Source of the DNA: an uncultured Rhodopirellula sp.
GTDB taxonomy: Bacteria > Planctomycetota > Planctomycetia > Pirellulales > Pirellulaceae
Direction: 5' to 3'
NCBI GenBank assembly: GCA_964007735.1
Contig: CAXGAI010000022.1
Span: 55,339-75,338, forward strand
Length of the DNA stretch: 20,000 bases
Below, one piece after another: positions 8,008 to 15,831 of the stretch (positions are counted from its first letter, which is position 1; each line of letters begins with the position of its first letter). Below the pieces are notes generated by a model. That model ran no database searches. It had not been told where the DNA came from and saw only the letters and a list, made by a program, of their open reading frames with translations. The position numbers and the translations under genes are program-made.

Positions 8008-11000
8008 ATGAGCAAGTCTCTTCTTAGGTATTGCATGAGCCTGACATTGGCTGGATTGCTGAGCGGTTCGGTTTGCGCGGATCATTTTGAGGACGATATC
8101 AAACCCTATTTGCAGAAGTTTTGCTTCGACTGCCATGGTCAGAAAGAACCAAAAGGAGGCCTCAATCTAACGGCCTTTGACTCGGATCGCAGTTTGGTGA
8201 AAAATTTTCGCCGCTGGGACAACATTACAACATTTATACGTAGCGGGGAGATGCCTCCGAAGGGATCTCCTCAGCCGGAAATTGAACAAAGTAATGCGGT
8301 TTTAGCTGCTGTCGAAAGTGTCCTGCTGGAAGAGGCTCGTAAACACGCCGGCGACCCCGGCTTTGTGCCACCACGACGTTTGAGCAATACAGAATATGAT
8401 CATTCTATTCGTGATCTCACGGGTGTTGATATTCGCCCCACCCGTAATTTTCCTGCCGACCCTGCCGGTGGAGAAGGTTTTGATAATACTGGCGAAGCAT
8501 TAAGTATGTCTCCTAACTTGCTAAAGAAATATCTCGCTGCAGCTCAGGAGGTCGCTGATCACTTGTTGCTGAAGACTGATGGTATCACCTTCGCACCGAC
8601 GCCGGCTGTGTCGTACAACGAGCGTCGGAAACTTACCGAGTTGGCAATCATAGATTTTTACAATCAGCGAAAGGTGGAAGTCAGGGCGTATGTAGAGGCG
8701 GCGTGGAGATATCGCTACGCCGCCGGAACCGGCCCCATGGAGATGGGAGCGTATGCGGAAGCAAATGGATTGAGCGCCAAATATCTCAAGCTCGTTTGGG
8801 AAACGCTTTCCTCAGCAAGCTCAGGCGAAGGATATATGAAGCAGCTTGGGACGCATTGGGAAGCAGTTCCTATTCCGGCAGAAGATCGGTCCATCCCCGC
8901 TGAGTTCGAAGAATTAATGAGATTTATTGAGTTCGGGCGAAAAACGCTAACACCGCCTTTGAAAGGTCTCATTAAATCGAATGCGGGTAACTGGCCCATC
9001 CACTGGTTGGATTTTCGTGCCAAAACAGCGGCCGTTCGTGATCAGTTTTCCCCGGAACAATTGCAAAGTGAAACGTTGGTGGTTGCTGGGAAGGTTCCGG
9101 TCCTCAAGGAAGGGGAAGATCCCCATACAATTTCGATACGTTTTGAGAAAGGTTATGCCGAGGAAAACGGCTACGTGATTATTAAACGTCCGATGTTTAG
9201 CTACGCGCGGATTCTGCCGAAAAGCGAAAAGGATGAGACGGAAAATCATAAGGTGGTTGCACTCAAGACCGTTCTTGAACAGTATCATCCTGAACTCGCA
9301 CAGCAACTGAATTTTGGTAGCCACCCCGTTGCTACTTCTGTTCCCGAAGAAGGGTTGGACTCGGAGTGGCTTGTCGTAAAGACGCCGGCATTGATTGAAA
9401 TTCCTTTTACACCTGAAATGCAACAGGAATTACAGGGTAAACATTTGTTGTTGCCATGTCAGTTGGATGCAGGTGTAAGTCGGGACAGCAGTGTCTTTGT
9501 AAAATATCACAGTGGAAAATTGCAGAACGCTAAATTTGATGACAACCCGACTCATCTGATCTATAAGGACGGGAAAGCCGCAACGCGATTGGCTAACTCG
9601 GTAAGTTCGTTTTGCAATGCCTTCCCTAACCGATTCTTCTACGTTGATGACAAACGAGGTTTGGCCGCTGGTTTTCATTTGGTGGAGGGGTTCTTTCGCG
9701 ATGACCAGCCTCTCATGGATAAGGTGCTTACCGATGCGGAAGTGAATCAGCTAAATAAAATGTGGGAAGAACTCGATTTTGTTACCAACCGGACGGAAAC
9801 GCTTTTGCGGGGATTTGTTTGGTTTGAACGTTCGGAACGACACGTTTTACACGGTCGCGAATGGGACTACCTTCATGCAGGAGATCCTAAGTTGGTTACA
9901 CCAGAGATGCTGGATAAGTTTGAAGTACAGTATCTGCGGAAGATGGGAACACCCTCTAAGGAGGGTACGGAGGAGGCTCGACGTCGCGTCATTGAACCTC
10001 AGGATCCTAGTGAGAAGTTTGACATGGTTCATGGGTTCTTCGAAGACATTCGTACCGGCTTGAAGAAACAACAGGATGCCTTGGCAACTGCCGAGCCAAA
10101 AGGTCTTGCTGATGTGCTGGAATTAGCGAAGCGAGCCTACAAGCGTTCCTTAACGGAATTGGAATCGTCCAAGCTGAAAGGTCTCTACGAGGCATTACGT
10201 AAGGATGGTCAAACGGTGGAATCCAGCTTGCGAGGAATGGTGACGGCCATTTTGATGTCGCCGGAGTTTATTTATCGCTACAACAATAATCGTGCTGGTC
10301 AGGGCGTCGTTCCTTTAGACAGTAGAGATCTTGCTAGTCGCCTGAGTTATTTTTTGTGGTCGTCAGTACCTGACGCAATGCTGCTTCAAGCCGCAGAGAA
10401 AAATGAGTTTGCAGAGACAGGTCATTTGCAATTACACGCAAGACGGATGCTGCAAGATGAAAGAATTGTTGCTTTGGCGAGAGAGTTTTTTGGCCAGTGG
10501 CTTCGGTATCGCGATTATATGGAAAAAGATCCTATCAATGCGTTAGCATTCCCGGAGTATACCGACGAATTGCGTAATGCGATGTGGCAGGAACCTATCG
10601 CGTTGGGAGAACATGTCATTCGAAGTGATCTTCCGATTACGACGTTGCTCAATAGCGACAAGACTTTTGTAAATGGTGTGTTAGCGAAACACTACGGTGG
10701 AGATATTAGAGAGCAATGGGTTCGGTCTAGTGCGGAATTACGTAGGCAGTTGAAAGATACGCAAGAGGATGCCTTGTCGGATCAAGAGATGGAGGCAACC
10801 TGGTTCGAAGTCAGCGGTATTCGAGCAGAGGGACGGGGCGGTTTATTTGGAATGGCGGTAATTCTGGCCAAGAATTCAAGTGGTGAAAGAACAAGTCCTG
10901 TTAAACGCGGGTTTTGGACGGTGCACCACTTACTAGGGCAACATTTTCCCCCACCGCCGGCAGATGTGCCGGAGCTTCCGGAAACACTGAAGCATGGTGA

Positions 11001-11436
11001 GCTTTCATTGCGTCAATTGTTAAAGGTACACGTATCGGATACCTCTTGCGCAATCTGTCATAAGCACTTTGACTATTTAGGATTGGCACAGGAAAGTTTC
11101 GATCCGATCGGTCGATTGAGAGATAGAGATGTCGGTGGCCGTCGCATTGATGATGCCGTGACTCTGCCGGATGGTGAAACTGCTAAAGGCGTGGATGGAC
11201 TAATTAAGTATATTGAAGAGCATCGAAAACAGGAGTTTGTGAGTAATTTCTGTCGTAAATTCCTGGGTTATGCGTTGGGCCGAAGTGTGGAACTGTCTGA
11301 TCGGCAGCTACTCGATGAAATGGAACAGGCTTTGGCGGACAATGATTACCGATTTTCCGTATTGGTGATGAAAGTTGTTGAAAGTCCTCAGTTTAGAAAT
11401 CAACGGGCGCGGGACTTTGTAACGTCAACTAGGTAA
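8008..11436 (+). CDS. Long DUF1592-family protein with large central insertion, two CxxCH motifs
   Basis: Signal peptide, then CFDCH (8122-8136), EMPP, RRLSNTEYDHSIRDLTG, GFDN, RAYKR, MSPEFIYR, ASRLSYFLWSSVPD, RGGLFGM, TSPVKRGFW, PPPP, CAICH (11047-11061) and FLGYALGR. Confidence 0.93.
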   Translation: MSKSLLRYCMSLTLAGLLSGSVCADHFEDDIKPYLQKFCFDCHGQKEPKGGLNLTAFDSDRSLVKNFRRWDNITTFIRSGEMPPKGSPQPEIEQSNAVLAAVESVLLEEARKHAGDPGFVPPRRLSNTEYDHSIRDLTGVDIRPTRNFPADPAGGEGFDNTGEALSMSPNLLKKYLAAAQEVADHLLLKTDGITFAPTPAVSYNERRKLTELAIIDFYNQRKVEVRAYVEAAWRYRYAAGTGPMEMGAYAEANGLSAKYLKLVWETLSSASSGEGYMKQLGTHWEAVPIPAEDRSIPAEFEELMRFIEFGRKTLTPPLKGLIKSNAGNWPIHWLDFRAKTAAVRDQFSPEQLQSETLVVAGKVPVLKEGEDPHTISIRFEKGYAEENGYVIIKRPMFSYARILPKSEKDETENHKVVALKTVLEQYHPELAQQLNFGSHPVATSVPEEGLDSEWLVVKTPALIEIPFTPEMQQELQGKHLLLPCQLDAGVSRDSSVFVKYHSGKLQNAKFDDNPTHLIYKDGKAATRLANSVSSFCNAFPNRFFYVDDKRGLAAGFHLVEGFFRDDQPLMDKVLTDAEVNQLNKMWEELDFVTNRTETLLRGFVWFERSERHVLHGREWDYLHAGDPKLVTPEMLDKFEVQYLRKMGTPSKEGTEEARRRVIEPQDPSEKFDMVHGFFEDIRTGLKKQQDALATAEPKGLADVLELAKRAYKRSLTELESSKLKGLYEALRKDGQTVESSLRGMVTAILMSPEFIYRYNNNRAGQGVVPLDSRDLASRLSYFLWSSVPDAMLLQAAEKNEFAETGHLQLHARRMLQDERIVALAREFFGQWLRYRDYMEKDPINALAFPEYTDELRNAMWQEPIALGEHVIRSDLPITTLLNSDKTFVNGVLAKHYGGDIREQWVRSSAELRRQLKDTQEDALSDQEMEATWFEVSGIRAEGRGGLFGMAVILAKNSSGERTSPVKRGFWTVHHLLGQHFPPPPADVPELPETLKHGELSLRQLLKVHVSDTSCAICHKHFDYLGLAQESFDPIGRLRDRDVGGRRIDDAVTLPDGETAKGVDGLIKYIEEHRKQEFVSNFCRKFLGYALGRSVELSDRQLLDEMEQALADNDYRFSVLVMKVVESPQFRNQRARDFVTSTR

Positions 11437-11523
11437 TTGAGTCGATAAAAACAACAGTTCGATATATATTGAAAAACAGAAAGACAACGGTTCTTCCCGC
11501 TACCGTATTCAAGGAACTTAAAA

Positions 11524-12807
11524 ATGGTTAAATCCCAAATCTCTCGTCGCATGGTTCTGACTGGTCTTGGAGCCAGCGTGGCTTTGCCGTGGCTGGAATC
11601 CGGCCAATTGCTGGGTGTCGAAGAGGCCAAAACACCCCCTCGGAGATTCGGGTTTATGTTCTGGGGCGATGGTATTCATCCGGAGGAGTGGTGGACAAAA
11701 GGAAGTGGCGAGAATTTGGAGTTAGGCCCGGTCTTTTCTTCACTAGAAGATATTAAAGGTGATATTAACTTTATCCACGGGTTAAAGCATCCAAGCAATG
11801 TTGTTGGTGGTCATGCGAAAGGGGCGGCCGGGATGTTAACAGGGCATGCCCCGCAAAACGGACGAGATATTGAAGGGGAGACAAGTCTCGATCAGGTGCT
11901 GGCTAATGCCTGGGAGGATGAAACCGTGTTGCCCAGTTTGGTTCTTGCATGCGAGCGCCCGGTCAGCGGTTTTCATGAGTCGGGATATTCGATGATGTAT
12001 GCCAGCCATCTTTCGTGGCGCAGTCCGGTTTCCCCGGTTCCAAGTGAACTTTATCCGGCGTTGGCGTTTGATAGTTTATTTGAGAGCAAAGGTAGTAAGA
12101 CTCATTTGAGCGTTCTCGATTTGGTGCGCGAGCAATTAGGAGATGTGTCACGTAAGGTTTCGTTTGCTGACCGGGCCAAGATCGACGAATATGCCACAAG
12201 TGTTCGTGAAGTTGAGCAGCGACTGGCTAAGATGCAGAAACGCAATGTTGAAGAAACAGCTGATAACACCGCAAGTCCAAATTCAGAACGACCCACCGAT
12301 GGTATCCCAAATCAATTGGATGAGCATACCCGGGTAATGTGTGATGTCATTGCGTTAGCCTTTCAGACGGATCGCACACGCGTGAGTACCCTGGTTATGG
12401 CAAATAATCTTTCAGGACAGATTTATCCCTTTTTAGGGCTGAATGTTGATCATCACAACTATTCTCATAGTTGCCACGGGGAGGAATTTGCTAAGATTAC
12501 TCGGTTCTGGGTGGAACAGTATGGTTATTTGGTTCGCAAGCTTGGCAGTATGCAGGAAGGAGACGGTACCGTTCTGGATAACTGCTGTCTGATGGCTGCC
12601 AATGAGCAGTGGACCTTCCATAATGGAGCCAAGGTGCCATTGATGATGGCAGGAACGATGGGCGGTGCGTTTGACACAGGTCGTACGCTCGACTTCGAAA
12701 AAGCTGACAATGACAAGATGAGTTCGCTATTTCTAACGATCCTCGAACGTAATGGTCTGAAACGCAATACCTTCGGTAACAGTTCGGAAGCTTTAACCGG
12801 AATTTAA
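11524..12807 (+). CDS. DUF1552 domain protein (Tat-like signal)
   Basis: ISRRMVLTGLGASVALPWLES, SLDQVLA, SVLDLV, DRAKIDEYATSVREVEQRL, LAFQTDRTRVST, HNYSH and EGDGTVLDN. AAGGA RBS upstream. Confidence 0.92.
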   Translation: MVKSQISRRMVLTGLGASVALPWLESGQLLGVEEAKTPPRRFGFMFWGDGIHPEEWWTKGSGENLELGPVFSSLEDIKGDINFIHGLKHPSNVVGGHAKGAAGMLTGHAPQNGRDIEGETSLDQVLANAWEDETVLPSLVLACERPVSGFHESGYSMMYASHLSWRSPVSPVPSELYPALAFDSLFESKGSKTHLSVLDLVREQLGDVSRKVSFADRAKIDEYATSVREVEQRLAKMQKRNVEETADNTASPNSERPTDGIPNQLDEHTRVMCDVIALAFQTDRTRVSTLVMANNLSGQIYPFLGLNVDHHNYSHSCHGEEFAKITRFWVEQYGYLVRKLGSMQEGDGTVLDNCCLMAANEQWTFHNGAKVPLMMAGTMGGAFDTGRTLDFEKADNDKMSSLFLTILERNGLKRNTFGNSSEALTGI

Positions 12808-12824
12808 GAGTTTTCCAATTAAAA

Positions 12825-13961
12825 CTATGGCTGAATAAGTCTCAGTAATTCCCGTTCCTCTTTCCCTAATCGAATGATAGGGACGGTGATTTGTTCACTA
12901 TTTTCAGTTTCCAGGATTACGTTAGATGCTGAGACTGAAAGAACCTTTGCGTTAATCGAGAAGCTCCCGGAATCATCTTTCCATTTTCTAATGGCGTAAG
13001 GGTTGAAATCAGGCAGCTCGAAATCGCTGCCTTCAAGGCGATGTAGCTCCCGCATAATTAATTCTCGTCTGGCATTAGTCTGACTGAGAAGTGCTAGCCT
13101 AGTCAGAGCATGTACCGCTTTGGCTTTTCCTCCCCGGGCATACTGAATCAGGAATGCCTTTTCGATTTCACGTGCCTGTTTAATAGCTAAACTGAATTCG
13201 TCATTTTTCTCAGCTTCTTTGAGAGCGTTTCGATATTGGTTCTGTAATGCCACGTCGAAATAATAAATTCTCTGGCCCAGTAGTAGCGTGAAGAGAGATT
13301 GGATCCGGTTTTCTTCGGAATCTAACAGGGATTGGGCGGATTCTAAGTCTGTAAGACCCTTTTGTCTTAAATTGGCAAGCAGTTCGGTAGCTTGGACGCT
13401 GGCCTCAGAAAAGCCCGCGTTGGGCCCAAGAAGCCCTGACTTAATGGTGGACTGGAAGCTTATCGAAGTGCGATATAGATCACCTGCCTGAAAAGCGGTC
13501 TTTGCAATGGCCGTAGTGTCGCTTAAGCTTTTTTCCTGAGCCGGCGTGAGTATTCGACCTGCTTGGCGTAAAGCTTCTCGCATCATGGCTGGCAATTGGT
13601 CGCCAGGAAGCCCCCCACTCGCGCCATAGATCTTCTTGTTGTCTGCGCGAATCACATAGACGAAGGGAAGACTGTTGCCCTGAATGGGAAAGTTGCGTCG
13701 AACATTGCTTGCGTCGGCAGTGTCGACATTAAGTTTGAGTGGGACGAACTGTACCACAAACGGTCTGAGAGCGGGTTCGTTTACAAAACGTTGCTCTAAA
13801 ACCTTGCAACTCGGTCAGCCGTCCCGACCGAGCATGATGAACATCGGCTTTCCCGATTGCTGTGAAAGCTTTTGGGCCTGGGCAAAGCTGGTTTGGGCAC
13901 CGGCAACTGGAAGAAAGACTAAACTTAGAAGCAGCGAGATCGAAAAAACGAATGGTTTCAT
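12825..13961 (-). CDS. Putative exported thioredoxin-fold selenoprotein (UxxC; Sec at codon 49, TGA 13817-13815) with C-terminal SHD1 domain, 378 aa
   Basis: Extending track ORF 12825..13757 upstream in frame through one TGA reaches ATG 13961: MKPFVFSISLLLSLVFLPVAGA-QTSFAQAQKLSQQSGKPMFIMLGRDG-U-PSC-KVLEQRFVNEPALRPFVVQFVPLKLNVD, later SLPFVYVIRAD (cis-Pro strand). The C-terminus RKWKDDSGSFSINAKVLSV..VILE..ITVPIIRLGKEERE resembles SLA1 homology domain 1. Confidence 0.88.
13778..13814 (-). promoter_or_regulatory. Candidate bacterial SECIS element
   Basis: mRNA after the UGA reads CCGA-GUUGC-AAGGUUUUAGA-GCAAC (stem 13810-13790), with an AGGU loop sequence reminiscent of the E. coli fdhF SECIS. 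An adjacent hairpin CGUUU-UGU-AAACG (13790-13778) has a loop G 31 nt after the UGA. Confidence 0.5.
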
Positions 13962-14160
13962 GGATTTGCTTCCAGTAATTTAAAAAGGGAGTTTTATCTG
14001 ACGACTAAATAGTATCTCCCGCCGGGAAATTAGGAAACCTCTAATCTCGGGCGAATTGAGAATGGGCTACTAAGACGGTGCGTCCTAAGGACCGGGAATT
14101 CTTGTTCTGGTATGTAGAATGATTTGGTTTCCTTGTTTCAAACGAGGTAAAATATTAACC

Positions 14161-15831
14161 ATGAAATTTATTGTTTTCACATTTGTGTTGTTCTTCAACT
14201 TAGTCGGCAATTGTCAGGAACCGTTACCTCATAGTGTGCGGTATGAACATTTGATGATTCCGATGCGCGATGGTATCCACCTAAGTGCCCATGCTTTTAT
14301 TCCGGCAGATAAGGGGCCTTGGCCTGTTTTGTATGAGCAGCGATATGCGGATGCGTCGAGTCGCGGGCATCAGGAAGCCTTTGCGGATATTGCCCGCTAC
14401 GGTTATGTCGTAGTATGTGGGAATTTCCGGGGTAGCCAAAAGTCGGAGGGGATTTGGGTTGGCTATCGCAGTTTAAGCCTTGGGCGCCACAAAGACAGTT
14501 ATGATGCGATTGAGTGGTTGGCGAAGCAATCTTGGTCGACCGGTAGAGTTGGAACCTTTGGGAGTAGTCAGGCCGGGTACGCCCAGAATTTTGCGGCAGT
14601 GAGTCGTCCGCCAAGTTTGGTGGCGCAATACATGATCGATACGGGACTTAGCCTCTACCAGGAAGGCTACCGGATTGGTGGAACCACACGTCCTGAACGT
14701 TTTCAAGGAATGGATCGTGTCTGTAGAATACCGGAGCACAACCAACAATTGATGCGAGAATGGTTTGAGCACCCTACCTTTGATCGTTATTGGAAAGCGG
14801 AAGACACCTCACGTCACTTTAGAAAAATGAATGTGCCCTGTATGACGATTGGAAGTTGGTATGACTTTATGAATCAGGGGTCCATTGCTAGTTATATTGG
14901 GCGTCAGCATCACGGGGGACCAGAGTCTCGAGGCAGTCAAAAGCTACTGATTGGTCCCTGGCTCCATGGTCGTTTTAATAAAGGGAATAAGGTGGGCGAA
15001 TTAACCTATCCCGAAAACGCTGGTCTCGACATGGTTAAGCATATGACTACTTGGTTCGATTATTACCTTAAGCGAAGGGATAACGGAGTAGATCAATGGC
15101 CGGTAGTCGATTATTACGTTATGGGAGCCACGGGGGAACGAGGTGCTCCAGGCAATGTCTGGCGTCAGGCGAAAGATTGGCCTAAAACGGAAAACACAGA
15201 ACGTGAACCCTTATTTTTGGCCGGTGGGGGTAAGTTGCAGTGGGAGTTGCCCGGCGAGCGTGCTGAAGGCATCACGAAATATGTTTCGGATCCCCGTAAT
15301 CCAGCAGAGATTCCGGGAACCAGTTTTCCCGGGGCACGCGATGCACGAGCATTTGAACAACAGGACAATGTTCTTGTCTTTGACACCCCCGTTCTGGAAA
15401 CACCAGTGGAACTGACGGGCGAAATCACGGCAAATCTATATGTAAAGAGTACCGCTCCGGATACCGACTTTATTGTGCGAGTGAGTGATGTCTATCCTGA
15501 TGGCCGCTCGATTCTAATTGTGGATTACATACGTAGAGCCCGTTATCGCCGGGGATTTGATAAGCAGGTATTCCTCAAAGAAGACACAGTTCACAAGATC
15601 CAGTTTCACGTTGGCCATCTGAGTCAGGTGTTTAACACGGGCCACAAGATTCGTGTTACCGTATCAAGTACGGGGGCTCCGCTGTACGAGCCTAATCCTC
15701 AAAATGGAAAACCAGAGGCAATTGCATTTCCTGAAGATGCACGAAGCGCGGTTAATACGATTTATCATTCGGATAAGTATGCGTCTCACCTGCTTGTGCC
15801 TCGAGCCGACACAACTTATGGAAGTAGATAG
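14161..15831 (+). CDS. CocE/NonD family serine hydrolase (peptidase S15 + PepX_C), exported
   Basis: MIPMRDGIHLS, RGSQKSEG, DSYDAIEWLAKQSWSTGRVGTFGSSQAG, GSWYD, LLIGPWLH, DTDFIVRVSDVYPDGRS and GHKIRVTVSS. ATG 14161 is preferred (signal peptide, GAGGT upstream). ATG 14119 is the alternative. Confidence 0.92.
   Translation: MKFIVFTFVLFFNLVGNCQEPLPHSVRYEHLMIPMRDGIHLSAHAFIPADKGPWPVLYEQRYADASSRGHQEAFADIARYGYVVVCGNFRGSQKSEGIWVGYRSLSLGRHKDSYDAIEWLAKQSWSTGRVGTFGSSQAGYAQNFAAVSRPPSLVAQYMIDTGLSLYQEGYRIGGTTRPERFQGMDRVCRIPEHNQQLMREWFEHPTFDRYWKAEDTSRHFRKMNVPCMTIGSWYDFMNQGSIASYIGRQHHGGPESRGSQKLLIGPWLHGRFNKGNKVGELTYPENAGLDMVKHMTTWFDYYLKRRDNGVDQWPVVDYYVMGATGERGAPGNVWRQAKDWPKTENTEREPLFLAGGGKLQWELPGERAEGITKYVSDPRNPAEIPGTSFPGARDARAFEQQDNVLVFDTPVLETPVELTGEITANLYVKSTAPDTDFIVRVSDVYPDGRSILIVDYIRRARYRRGFDKQVFLKEDTVHKIQFHVGHLSQVFNTGHKIRVTVSSTGAPLYEPNPQNGKPEAIAFPEDARSAVNTIYHSDKYASHLLVPRADTTYGSR

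Noticed and set aside
3005..13817. Genome-wide UGA reassignment (code 4/25) as the explanation for the in-frame TGAs
   Set aside because: Trp is encoded by TGG throughout, the long genes contain no other in-frame TGA, and TGA ends TlpA and GDPD normally. Both internal TGAs sit at Trx catalytic-Cys positions.
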